Shown: positions 1 through 13,578 of the stretch, in pieces
Position numbering within the stretch: position 1 is the first letter of the stretch
Layout of the letters: each line of letters starts with the position of its first letter
Source of the DNA: Octopus vulgaris
Taxonomy: Eukaryota
DNA: 64,000 nt
Assembly: GCA_951406725.2 (NCBI GenBank)
Contig: OX597822.1
Location: forward strand, 106,206,001 to 106,270,000
Direction: 5' to 3'
Translations under genes and position numbers: made by a program
Notes under the pieces: model-generated
Seen by the model: only the letters and a program-made list of their open reading frames with translations
The model's database searches: none
What the model was told of the DNA's origin: nothing

Positions 1-170
1 GTTGTGGTGAAAGAGTACAGCAGGGATCACCACCATCGCCTGCCGGAGCCTCGTGGAACTTTTAGGTGTTTTCGCTCAATAAACACTCACAACGCCCGGT
101 CTGGGAATCGAAATCGCGATCCTATGACCGCGAGTCCGCTGCCCCTAACCACTGGGCCATTGCGCCTCCA
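1..170 (-). mobile_element. tRNA-derived SINE family A, 5' part (cut by window edge)
   Basis: Minus strand reads GTGGAGGCGCAATGGCCCAGTGGTTAGG (A box)...TTTCGATTCCC (B box); homologous to 26264, 36215 and 42570. Confidence 0.9.
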
Positions 171-1464
171 CGGGCAAATACAACACAACACAACAAAATG
201 GGAATAGTGGCGGATTTTAAGAGGAGGAGTGTGGGAAATCAAGAAGTTAATTTATGCACATATGAGAAATAGTTACGTGTGGGAATATGATGTATTGTTC
301 ATTGAGTTTCCAGAGATGTGAAGCCCGTCAATCAAAAGTCAGTTTTTGGAATGACCAGATGTGTCTGTTTCTCTCACCTTCTAACCTGCTAAATGATAAA
401 CATTTCTTTATTAATAAATGTCTGTAAATTGATTTTTTTGCATGTTATGTTTTATTAAGAAATTAAGTGGAAATGTAACAATTTGGGTATAATATAGTTG
501 TTATATACTTCTTTGGTAGTCATAGGTATAGGCTTGTTGTGAAGAAATTCGCTTCTCAGCTACGTCGTTTCAGAATCGATCTCTCTCCGCAACATCTTCA
601 GCAAGTATCTTCTACAACTATCTCAATAAGGAAAACAAAAGCCTTGGGAGTGGAATTAAGCAGATGGATCTTCATTCTTCTTCCGTTACCTGGTTCAATG
701 CTACATCTTGTTCTTCAAGTGCCTTTAACAGATTCACTCTGTTGTAATTGGACTATGTTTGTGATATGTAGGTTAGTCTTTTCTCCCGTGAGTCTCGAAA
801 GCCCTGGGAAGATGTAATGGATGTTTCTCACTCATATGGCTCTTCACATCGAAAATACTTTTCATTTTGTATTTAGTCAATTCAAAAATTCTCTTAAGTT
901 TGACTTAGTCTTGTGTATAAATTCATTTAATTTTTGCTATGTAAATATTCTCCCCATTTTGATTTCCCCATTTACAAGATTTGCATAAAAGGGAATTTAT
1001 TTCTTATTGATAATTCCTACGCCATTACTTGCGTCGCTATCACCGATGTTGGGGAGATTGCGAAGACAATGTATACAAACCTTTACTCGAAACCAAACTA
1101 ATATTAAAATAATTAACAAATACCATTATGGAATACGCATGACAGGCGTTGTTAGGCAACATTTATCGAGGTTTTAAATAATTGACTAGCTCTGCGTGTT
1201 GTATGAATATTATATTTAGTTATGCTGGTAAACGTTCATTAAATTTCCATTTTGATCATTGAAAGATGAGACTTAACTTTAAAAAGAAAGAATGCTTAAA
1301 CTATTATTGTAATATCAGTTTAAATCCTTCACTGAATATTGTAATTAAATGCGCAACGTTACGAAAAGCTGTCTCCAATTCTGTTCAGGAGTTACCTTAC
1401 GTACGCGCATGTGTCTGGTGTGTATTTGTGAGTGTGTATATGTATATATATATATATATATATA

Positions 1465-1620
1465 TACATGTTATTGGTGGTGGGCATGGTAGTGTTGTGG
1501 TAAGCTCTTGGCAACTCGATTTCAATTCCCACTTAGAGTGCTTATGTCATTGGGCTTGAATTTTTCTTTAAACACTCTCTAAAATTGCTGGACTCAGGAA
1601 ATATATTACAAAATATTATA
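1465..1620 (+). repeat. Local direct duplication, copy 1 (copy 2 at 3066-3237), containing a decayed SINE head
   Basis: TACATGTTATTGGTGGTGGGCATGGTAGTGTTGTGGTAAGCTCTTGGCAACT...ATATATTACAAAATATTATA present at both sites. Confidence 0.85.
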
Positions 1621-2574
1621 TTATAAATATCAAATATATACCTGTCATAGCTTTTAAAGAAATATTAATATGAACGAATTGATATGGAAAGTTTTACTTA
1701 GTCATTCTATCTGCTAGATTATAAACACTTCCCTACCGTCGGGGAGTGATAATAAGGTAACCGTACTAGGTGTAGTTCCAGATATACAAAAATATGAAAA
1801 TTCGTTACGGTTGGATGACGCTTTCTCATAACAGCAGCAGAACCAAAATTGAGCTCTTTCTAAAGAACAATAAACAATGAATGGGGAAATGAATGGAAAA
1901 GAGAAATTTAAAGGAAAAGAACATAGATAGTGGAGGTCGTTGTCGTTGTTTATTACAATGGCTACAATAGATAATGTATAATGAGAAACAAAAGAGACAG
2001 AGATACCAGGGTGTTAATTGACTAACATAAGGTTTTAGTTCAGTTTCACAAACTAAATATCAAATTATTACGGTAGTTAAACTCCAACAGGTATAGCTCT
2101 TTTATTAAGAATGTTTTTTTTAAATAGGGATTTTTTTCTCTTTGTTTTTGTCACGACAGTTTGAATACTGGAACATCGAAGGATGTTTCGAATGAATTGA
2201 CGGATTAGATTAAACGACAGACATTGATTGAATGTTCGATTGATCTGTTTATTACTGAATGGAATGTGTGTTCAGAATGATAGATAATGCGATGTGCCTA
2301 TAATATCATCATACCTAAAATTTTGTTTTTGTATTTTTCTTCCCAGTTTATCTACGACATGTAATAAATATTAAATTGCATTTAAATATTCAATTAAGTT
2401 CGAAAACCTCACTGGTTATCAAAAGGACCTGTACCTTGTTGTTTGTTATTAGAATGCTTTTAATAATGTAAAAATATTTTTGGTTCTTAATCAGAGTTTG
2501 TTCTAATACGAGTAGATATTCATTGTTTACATGCCTCTTCATAGCCATGAATGTTTTGCTTTCTTTTCTTCTTT

Positions 2575-2668
<94 letters not shown>

Positions 2669-2836
2669 CGTATATATATATATGTATCTATATAATTATA
2701 TATATATATATACATATTTATGTATACATATATATATATACATATTTATGTATACATATTTATGTATATATATATATATATATATGTATTATATATATAT
2801 ACATATTTATGTATATATTTATGTATATATATATGC

Positions 2837-2875
<39 letters not shown>

Positions 2876-3005
2876 TATGATTGCAATATTTTTCATCCAA
2901 TACAATTGAAATGCATTTTTGTGTTAATGTGATGTGGAATGTTTTAAATGCAGTGAGATTATGAAAAAGTTATTATTATTATCATTATTAATATTATTAT
3001 TATTA

Positions 3006-3045
<40 letters not shown>

Positions 3046-3062
3046 CATTATTATTATTATTG
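2575..3062. repeat. (TA)n compound microsatellite followed by (ATT)n
   Basis: Directly visible; source of YIYI and NNN ORFs. Confidence 0.95.
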
Positions 3063-3065
3063 TTA

Positions 3066-3237
3066 TACATGTTATTGGTGGTGGGCATGGTAGTGTTGTG
3101 GTAAGCTCTTGGCAACTTGATTTCCATTTCCCACTTACTGTGCTTATGTCATTGGGACTGACATAAAATAACTTGCGTTTTCTTTAAACACTCTCCGAAA
3201 TTGATGGACTCAGAAAATATATTACAAAATATTATAT
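3066..3237 (+). repeat. Local direct duplication, copy 2
   Basis: Near-identical to 1465-1620 with a short insertion. Confidence 0.85.
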
Positions 3238-3812
3238 AGACCATATATATTTAAACATTAGACCATAGTTATGAAACAGAGCTTATAGAATGTATATCAA
3301 ATTTGCTGTGTATTCTACATTATATTTATTTTTTTATACCAATATTTAATATTTTATATTATATATTGATATATATATATACGAACTTTGCATTTTATTT
3401 CTAAAACTATTGTTAGCAGAATTGTGGTACAGATACGTCCGGTCAAGAAACAGGCTTCATATATTCCTGAAATTTAAATTCTAGAGATCGCTGTTATGTT
3501 ATCCACTGATTAAACATACACGTCAATGAATTATTTGGTTCAAGTGCTTTTAACTTGTTTCTTTATGTAAAAGTGCCTCGAGTCAGGTCGCTAGAGATGG
3601 TGAAGTATGCATATTATGTATAATAAAACAAAATATACCAAGTAAAAGAATAGCTTGACATCGTCTGCAAAGTTGGTCACATTATTGCAAATGTCACTGT
3701 TTGATAAAGATTTCGAAAAAAGACATGACGAAACTGCAATTGGATAATAACATGTTAGCCAATGAAACAGTCTGAAAACGTATATATTGGCTGCTTAGTC
3801 AGAGCAATTCTT

Positions 3813-3879
<67 letters not shown>

Positions 3880-3881
<2 letters not shown>

Positions 3882-4154
3882 TATTACGGAGATGTACTTG
3901 CATAGCGAGTGACTTGATCTGAGATCGTATGCTAGAACGAAAACAATCGCAGCGTGGAAGGTGTTTATAAGCCATTTAAGAAACACACGAAAACCGTTAG
4001 ATTCCCTTCAACATTTAAATTTAATTTGTCATAATATTTTCGCGGTCTCAAAGCTACCAAAATATTTTGACAAATTAAATTTAAATGTTGACATGAATCT
4101 AACGGTTTTTGTGTGTTTCTTAAATGGCTTATAAACAGCTTCCACGCTGCAATT
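3880..4154. mobile_element. Fold-back element with ~96-nt inverted arms (3945-4040 / 4059-4154), probably a Penelope-like terminal remnant
   Basis: Arms are reverse complements with few mismatches, 18-nt spacer, ~65 nt unpaired left extension, microsatellites on both sides. Confidence 0.7.
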
Positions 4155-4157
4155 ATA

Positions 4158-4226
<69 letters not shown>

Positions 4227-4741
4227 GTAAATATTGAGCTGATTGAAAATAAAACAAAAAGAATCTGAAAATGCAGGAGTCTTTTAAAGGTATTTATTAA
4301 CTTAACCAGTTTCACTTGTTTAAAAAGATTTTCAAAAGTAAAGTGTTAGGCTTTGTGTATCCTCTGCGGTGTCAAAAATTAGTAGACATAAATGTATTGT
4401 AAGCAAGTGTTATAATATTTGGACAATAAGGAAAAGTTTGAGTCTTTGTGTATCCTTTATGCTGAATCAAAAAATAGTTCTACATAAAAACATTCAGATC
4501 AGGTAATAAAATGTTTTATAATGATAAGAAGATAAAAATTAGTTTACATGAATATATCCAAATCAATTAATGAAGGTTTTTTCACAAAACGTGTCTGGTT
4601 TCTCAATCAGTGGGTGCTAAAGTTTTAGTCTCACTGTGATCAAAAATTTTAATTGTTCGTAGCATCTTAAATTGAAAAAAAAAAAGGTGAGTAGAGAATA
4701 AACAGACCATTTATAGTTCTCGGATCTGGTTGTTAGGTCTC

Positions 4742-4793
<52 letters not shown>

Positions 4794-4886
4794 ATACCAC
4801 CATTTGAAAATCTTTAGCTGATTGAAAACAAAACAGAATGTGCTGACAATATAGTATAAACAAACAATATAGATATATAGACTCTT

Positions 4887-4919
<33 letters not shown>

Positions 4920-4973
4920 CATCTACTTCTCTGTCTCACTCACTCTCACTCTCTCTCTCTCCCTTTATCTCTC

Positions 4974-5010
<37 letters not shown>

Positions 5011-5786
5011 CTCTCTCACCCTGTTAATCAATCTATTTGAAAGTGATTACAATCTTGTACATGATGAAACTAGAAGCACCAACTATGCAGTAATAAAGCT
5101 TAAAATAATATTACCACAACAAAGATGTAATGGCTGCTACTAAGAGAGAAGTAATGGCGACTGACCAAACGAGATCTTCAAGTTCTTCTGAAATAAAAGG
5201 AGTAATGTAGATCACAGCACTGACATGCAACTACTGCCAGTAGAAATGGTTACTTGCTTGGTATAAATCGTTGGTTACATCAATGATACAACATTTCTGA
5301 CAGCCATTATCAGAGAGAAAAAAGAACAAAGAAACATAAAGATTAAGAACGAAAACCAACTTACCATCAACACTGAGGTGGCCACAGCCATGTCTCTAAG
5401 GGGTCGATTTCATTAAAGGAAGTGTATAAATATACGAACACGTAATACGAATATCGATCATCAATCATAGTGAAGCAATTTTAATTCCTCAGCTTTGAGA
5501 AACATAAATTTATCACCGTTAAACCACACAAGGAACATATGTATTAAAAGTACAGATAAAAATCTCTCGTATTTAACACAACGAATGCCTGGCGGACTGA
5601 GATATATATTTACAATTCTTAATCAACACACAAAGTAGTTTCTTTAAGCAGAAAAAAAATCGAATTATCACATAAAACTGTATACATTCCAAATGTTCGA
5701 CACATATGATGGAGAGAAAATAACGAACATTAAGAAATACATTTAGCGCATAAGTTTAAAAGTCATACATGCATGCATATATATAT

Positions 5787-5841
<55 letters not shown>

Positions 5842-7293
5842 TGTCTGGCACAGGATTAGTATTATCGTGGTAGAAGCATAAAAATTTTCATTAAATCACA
5901 AGCAGTATATAGTTTCCGAACGAATCTCTCTTCGTCTTAACACTTCACTACGGCTGTCTTATGTCTAAGTCTCTTACCGGAATAATAGTACATTCGAAAA
6001 AAGTAATTGCATAATGAATACTTCTTGCTGAATTATTTTAATTCTGTTTTGAACGCTTAAGTTTCAAAAGTCCTCTTTGTAGAACCAGAACGACGAATTG
6101 AAACCCTCTCTCCCAACTACTGACAAATTGTCTACACACAATCAAATAGTCACCCACATATCAATGTATGAACAAACGAAAGGGTTGTTTCACGAACGTG
6201 AAATAGCAGTGAAATCGCGCTCAGACTGTAACCTTCCGTTTTTAAAAACAATACCACGGATAATATTATCTTTGATTTTCTGTCTAGAAAATAAATGGGA
6301 TAGTCACGACTAGAATGCCTTTGATCACAGGGAAGCTAAATGAAGGCTGGCCCAGAGCTATAAAATTAATACAGCAACAACAGTGATGGTAGACAATAAT
6401 AAAACGTTGAATTACATCCTTGGTTCGTTTCTCCGCTAATTATAGGCATATCAATAAAATTAATTCTGGAAGGCAACACTACGTAGAAAAACTAATTGAA
6501 TAAAGTCAAGATTGAAGACAACATTCCAATGTTTATACATAGGAGAACTTAGGAAAAATAAGAGAACAATGTTTTAGATCTATCACAGACGAATACATCA
6601 TGTAGAATTATAATGCAAATGATTAACATTAACTATTCAAAGACAGGCCATAGCACATCATATGCAGACATAGCAACATCAACTGGTTTAATAGTGTATC
6701 GATTAATATTCTAATCAAGCAATTCAATAAAATCAATCGTCACAAACTAAAGAAGCAATACCACAAACCATACTTAAAAACAGCCATTGGAAGCTACACA
6801 ATATATTTACTCCATAAGTTGACATTATTACTTTCAATATATAGAATTAAGCAAATGAACTATGGAAACCAAACGAAAACTCGACATACCTACCAATTAT
6901 CTTCCCCTGAAACCATAGAAATTTCTCTAAAAAAAACACATTTACTGCTCCGTTTCCAACACCAACCATGAATTGTATTCCGTCTATTCAACCATTGATC
7001 ATTCCTAACGAATATCGAATGCATTCAAAAGACGAAATGACCGTTTCCCACTATTTCTACACCAAACCACATCAATAAAGTTGTTCATCAATATTGCTAG
7101 CTACATACTCATAAGGCTTATATTCCCTCATTTCTAGTAAAAACCACAAATCGATGACTGATCGATGAACTCCAAGTACTCCAGGCCTACATATTCATTC
7201 GAAATAATGCTTCCTAAACCCATGGAGGACAGGGCAAACATCACAATCAACCAATATTCAATGAACATACACAAAAATGTTTTAGGCATCGCA

Positions 7294-7515
7294 TTAACCC
7301 TTTTGTTGTCATATTTCTGGTGAAATACACTATTTCAGTATTTTTGTTAAATACTAAAGAATTCAGTAAAAATAACTTTGTTATTACTAAGGTGGAATTT
7401 AACAGATGAATTAACAGGAAATTTTGATTAAGGTTTTTTAATTTAAACCACTTTAAAACTTAAAGTTTGTAACATAGCACAAGGAGCGTTGGTTGAAGCA
7501 CGTTTTGTATCTCAA
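7294..7515 (+). mobile_element. Decayed piggyBac-type MITE
   Basis: Starts TTAACCCTTTTG; a homologous inverted copy lies at 15985-16246. Confidence 0.55.
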
Positions 7516-7759
7516 AAATAGGTTTCTCAACAGCCAGATATATCTCAAAGAGAATCCCTAAATCCCCTGGCCAAAGACACATATTGCAACTCAATGTGTC
7601 GTCGTGTCTTTTATCTGAAGCCGCCAGACTTAATCACTTCTTTATTCAGGTTTGGTATATCACTGAGACCGTATAATCAAAACTATCGTGTTTGTCCAAT
7701 AGACCAGTCCTGAAAAAGAAAGAAAGGTAGCACTAGTTTATTAAGATTTCAACACAGCC

Positions 7760-7975
7760 AAGGAGGGGAGCTGGCAGAATCGTTTGCGCTCTGAAAAAAT
7801 GCTTAGCGGCATTTCGTCCGTCTTTAGGTTCTGAGTTCAAATCCCGCCGAGGTCGACTTTGCTTTCATCCTTTCGGATTCAATAAAATAAGTAACAGTTG
7901 AACACTGGATTCGATATAATCGACATATCCGCTTCCTCGAACATGTTGGTCTTGAGCCAAATTATGAAAGCAATA
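7760..7975 (+). mobile_element. tRNA-derived SINE family C
   Basis: GAGCTGGCAGAATCG...GAGTTCAAATCCCGCCGAGGTCGACTTTGCTTTCATCCTTTCGG; about ten copies in the window. Confidence 0.85.
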
Positions 7976-8288
7976 TTTCAGTACAGCTCATTTTACAAAT
8001 TATGATGCATATAAATTATCTGCCTAATTGGCATAACAGTGCAAATATTTATGCGAATTGGGTAGACTAATTTAATTCTGTGCGAATTTATATATACTAT
8101 ACATAGCTTTAAACTAATATTCTCTTTGTGAAGTCAACAACAGATCTCTGATGGAATGTTCATAAGCGCCAAAACTTTTCAGATTGTTATTATCTGAACA
8201 CAGAACATTTTTGTTTACTTTATACACCCAAGTTAAATTGTGTAATTAAACAAAAAAATGCTAGTTCGTAAGGATTTTCTTGCAGTTT

Positions 8289-8325
<37 letters not shown>

Positions 8326-8417
8326 ATCTCTCTCTAGCTATCCTCTATTTATCTCTTACTCTATCTCTCTCTCTATCTCTCTCTTAGACACAGACTCACA
8401 CTAGCACATTCAATAAA

Positions 8418-8468
<51 letters not shown>

Positions 8469-8479
8469 ATATATATATA

Positions 8480-8561
<82 letters not shown>

Positions 8562-9823
8562 AATATATATATGTTTATATATATAATGTTTACAATATAT
8601 AGTTATGAGCTACTACTAGTTGGAGATGTTGTCTTGGCAGATTTTAATAACGCACCTGACCTGATGTGAGCAAACTCGGGCTCTGAGCACATAGCCTGTA
8701 CAAGTTATAAACCATGACATTAGAACAAATGAAATCACGAGAACACAAAAACACAGGGGAAGTTGAATGCCACAAGTGGAAGGGTGAAAAACGGAAAAAG
8801 AAAGGAAAAAAGGAGATAATTAGAGTTATACCCCCTTTGACTGTAAATCCATAAAGTTAGTTGGTGTAGAACTAATTGCTTCTACACCAGCTAGCTTTAT
8901 GGCTTTATGAGCAATTTATACAACTTTATTAATCGTATTTTGTAGGTGTCGTTATGTTGTACCTTGAAGTCTTTCATTTAAGCTACAAATAAACTCAGTG
9001 TTTATTCACAGAAATGGTGTATTCCTTGTCATCTAAGTTCTGCAGTAACTAACTGTCACGATTAGTTTTATTGATGAGTGTAAGAACATAACATTCCGAA
9101 GTTCTCAACGTACTGCCAGAAATCACTACTGTAACCTATTTTTAATGAATTATAACTTATAAATTTTCGTCGCTCGAAACTGCGACCTTTTCACTAACAA
9201 CTTTACACTGTATGTGATGAAGTGTAACGTGTCAGTGCCTAGGTCACAATTTCGAGCGACGAAGGCTTTCACACCATATCACTAACAAAAAAATGTCTCA
9301 CTGAAGTTAACAACCGTTATGTGTTTCTGAATGGTTAACATGTATCTTCCACGTTGCAGTCGTTTTCGTTTCAACACACAATCAAATCTGATCAAATCAT
9401 TTGCTTGGCAAGTGCACCTCAGTAACTTAATTGAATTTCAGTGTTTATCTCCCCTGTTTTTCTTGACCAGAGTTAAATATTCAGATAATTGGCTTTCCTT
9501 ATTTGGGGTATAATCTTTGATTTTAATTCATTATAATTACTCAGTGGATTCAATTAAATTAGTATCACATTCAGAAATTTATTTCAATTAGTTGAATTAG
9601 TTTTTTATGTTATTTTTTCATGATAGCATTGTTTCTTGACATATATTTCAGTTATTGCTTAGTTAGAATTAATCGTTGTAGTTATCGAAAAGTCAAAAGA
9701 AGATGGACGGAGGATCAGAGGGTTGAAACTACGTGTGTAAAATAAATAATATTGTTCAGCAGTTCAAGGAAACAAGCCAATACACGTGTTACACTGTGTG
9801 TTTGTGCATGTGCGTATATATAC

Positions 9824-9863
<40 letters not shown>

Positions 9864-10289
9864 GTTGCTCTTGACAATCTTTTTCTAAAAAGTGAAACCG
9901 GTAAAGTAAATAAACATCTTTTAAACTTGCATTTTCAAACCTTCTTTCACATATAATTCCACTCATGCGGTACCTTACAACTCCACTTTGTTATATATAT
10001 ATATATATACCAATCTATACGCACATGCACAAACACACAGAGTAACATATAGATACATAAATATATATATAAATCTATATATATATATATATATGAACAC
10101 ATGCGTAATGTATATAATGCAACTCTGCTAACAGTCTAAGAGTAACATGAAAGTGGTCGTAAATTTTCAAATAGAATTATATACACTCACCATTATATAT
10201 AATTTACTATACATTCATCTTCCAGGTTAGTTATATAACTAGAATCATGAAAAACTCCTAGTTGAATAAATATGAAGACCACAATTCAA

Positions 10290-10540
<251 letters not shown>

Positions 10541-11483
10541 TCATGATGGACATAATAGCTAAGATTGCAGTGATAAATACTATTAATCGGTATTGATTTG
10601 CATATAATACTTCGTGTGTTCTTCCTTGTTTTCGCTTTCGAAGTATTATTCTGATATGATAAACATGTGAGAAGCGGTTTAAATTCGCGAGTAGAGCTTC
10701 TATTAACCTGTTTAATAATGAGCCGATCACAACTTCTAATGGTTCTGCAAACGTCTGGTGAGAGAGACATTATATTGATTTTAAAATAAGTAGTGATGAA
10801 CATATGGTAGAGTTTTCAGCTTCCATAGTTTGATAATATACGACCTGACTAGAGGTTGTTTTAATATGTTATAGTATTTCATCGATTTCATTTTGGTTTG
10901 TGCTTCAAGAATTTAATGCGTTGATTATACGTTGGAACAAAGGTACAAAGTATAAATGGTGTTAGTTTCGTAGTTTACGTTAACGGTAAGACATTATTTG
11001 TTAGAATACTAATTCATCTGAAACTAACACTTTAATATAATTAATAATTCTCTCTTCACTGTGATGTTGTTTCCTGAAGAAGCTGAAAGCTCGACCAATA
11101 ACTTAGGCATCGCTACTCACTAAAACTGATATGCCGGAAGAAAATATTAACGATTCAACATGAAGGTGTTTCATAAACATTTTTCTCTTGAGCAAGTTAA
11201 TTAAACATGGTTAAATAAAGAGCTGTATCCCAAATATACATGTGTAGTTCTTACAAGTGTGTATGTGTTTATATGTAACTGTGCGTCGGCACCTCTGTAG
11301 GTTTGTATTAGAATGAGGTATATAAATATTATTTATGAAGTGTAATATCGAGAGGCCTATGTACGTGTGACAGTGCGCGTTTAGTACTTAACTTCTCTCT
11401 ATGTCTTTCATGAATAAATCTTAGAATATGCACGTTTGCGAAAAATTTGTGTATATAAATTACTTATTGAAAATAAATGCGTA

Positions 11484-11541
<58 letters not shown>

Positions 11542-11770
11542 TGTATATTTACATATATGCGTCTACAAACATATATATATTATATATATATTTATACATA
11601 CATATTCATATATATATGTCTATGTATATATATATATATATATGCAAACAAAATATATATATGTAAGGACATATATATATATGTGTGTATATATGTATAT
11701 ATATATATATATATATACATATATATATGTGTGTATGTGTGAATATATATATGCATACAAAATATATATA

Positions 11771-11824
<54 letters not shown>

Positions 11825-12022
11825 TATATTTGTTCTTAGGTTGAACGTTAGATGTAGGTCGTGCGCGTGATTCGGGGAGAATAAATTTGCGAATGTTAGT
11901 AACTATGTGGATATTGCGATGACGTTAGTAGCCACGCCGACATACAGTCACGTTAGATAGTGTTACTTATACCTGCAGAGTTTTTACCAAAACTCTTAAG
12001 CATGCTCCACAACTTTTTGTAG

Positions 12023-12509
12023 GCGCAGTGGCAGGCATTGTATCGTCCGTAAAAGGACGAGACCACAAAGCACAACCTATAAAACAACAAGCAAAACCAC
12101 ACCATCACCAACAACTACCATATCACCATCACCATCAACAACTTCTACAACAAGTACATCAACAGCAGACTCCCTCCAGTAGCAGTCACGAACAGGGTTG
12201 TTCTGGGAGTGGAGGTCAGCAGTCTGTTGACAAGACGTCCAAAACGGTGGACACCAGCAGAATGTCCCAGTTGGGACAGGGCCGCCAGCCTGTAAAGTCT
12301 GAACATTTATTGGATTCTCCACATGTCCCTCACCCTCCAGGTCCATCCCCTCTGGATTCCAGCGGAACCTCCTACACACCCAAGTCATCGTCAAGTGCCG
12401 GGCCAATGAACAAGTTTGTCGGCTTAGACTTCGAGATCCATCATTATCCAGAAAAAGGCAACATTCAATCTCTAAACGATATCGATCTACGACTGGAAAA
12501 CATAAATCA
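12023..12509 (+). CDS. KCNH2-like: Internal (probably penultimate) coding exon of a putative ERG/KCNH-family voltage-gated K+ channel; His/Gln/Ser-rich linker and start of the C-terminal coiled coil
   Basis: GC-richer, non-repetitive open frame (ORF 12028-12513). Acceptor ttttgtAG at 12021-22 (alternative cctgcAG at 11977-78; frame is open from 11932). Donor GTAAGT at 12510, phase 2. Ends ...SLNDIDLRLENIN+CA. Confidence 0.8.
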
Positions 12510-12519
12510 GTAAGTATGG

Positions 12520-12588
<69 letters not shown>

Positions 12589-12726
12589 GTCGTCATCATC
12601 ATCATCATCATTATTATTATTTATTTGTAAATCTATGAATGTATCTGTGTGTAACTCTGTCTCAGACATTTTGTAAGCATGCTTTGTAGTTTCAAAGGTA
12701 TATGTATATACACACATATATATACA

Positions 12727-13578
12727 CAGAGTGCGGTGAGCAAAGTGTCGTCTAAATTACATAAAAATGAAAACAACACTGACATCTTACTTTAACATAT
12801 ATTTACCAAAATTATCTTGAAATACTAAAAAGTAAATTTATTGAATAAAATCGCCATTATCGTCAGCCACGGCCTTCAGATGACTTCGGAATCTCCTTCA
12901 ATTCTTTTGGACGCTCTCCTTGTTTAGGTTGGTGAATACTGCCATAATCCTTGCCTTCAGTTCACCTTTGGTGTTACAAGGAGTTTTGTTGCTCTCCCGT
13001 TCAACTGTGCCCCACACATAATAATCAAGAGGGCTGCAGTCTAGGGAGTTAGGTGGCCAGATGTTAGGGATGATGTGGTCACAGAAATTGTCTCTGACAA
13101 CCATGACTGGATTCTCTTGCTTGTGTGGCATGGTGCAGAGCCCTGTTGCCAGACATAGGTCTTTCGAGCAGCCACTCTCTTGACCCAAAATAGCACTACC
13201 TCCTCCAGGCACTTGATGTAGGCCTCCGTGTTGAATCTGATGCCATGTGGGAAGACGAATGGAGGAATAACGTCACCAGTACTAGTGACCACTTCTAACA
13301 CCATGATGTTGACTGGATGTTTGATTTTTATCGCTCTTGTTTTGGGACACGGCAAACACTCAGATTGACATCCAAACACTCTGAAATGTTCGTATTGGAG
13401 CATCCGGTGCGAATGCCAAGCAGTACAGCATGTCGTTTCCAAATTTCTGGCAGAGTGATTTGCGTCATGGTGCCCAATTGACCCTACTATGCTGTGTTGT
13501 TGAGAAAAAAAACAAAAAACAATGCGCATGCACGAAATAAAAAGTATAACATAGTGACAATTTACCCATCGTACCCTG
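12727..13578 (-). mobile_element. Internally deleted Tc1/mariner transposon of DD37D (maT) type; transposase pseudogene
   Basis: Imperfect TIRs CAGAGTGCGGTGAGCAAAGTGTC / GACAATTTACCCATCGTACCCTG+TA. Frameshifted ORFs give WQQGSAPCH and WPPNSLDCSPLDYYVWG; 37 residues separate the second and third catalytic Asp positions after frameshift repair. Confidence 0.9.

Noticed and set aside
4345-4560. Degenerate ~95-nt tandem units
   Set aside because: Two to three poorly conserved copies; not a CRISPR-like or regular array.
6400-7290. A/C-skewed stretch suggestive of a decayed LINE
   Set aside because: No RT or endonuclease motif could be read.
8849-8902. Assignment of the hairpin to miR-9/miR-79 because of ATAAAGCTAG on the minus strand
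   Set aside because: Motif is on the wrong arm and the remaining sequence does not match the family.
12077-12406. Minus-strand 109-aa ORF
   Set aside because: Antisense shadow of the + strand exon.
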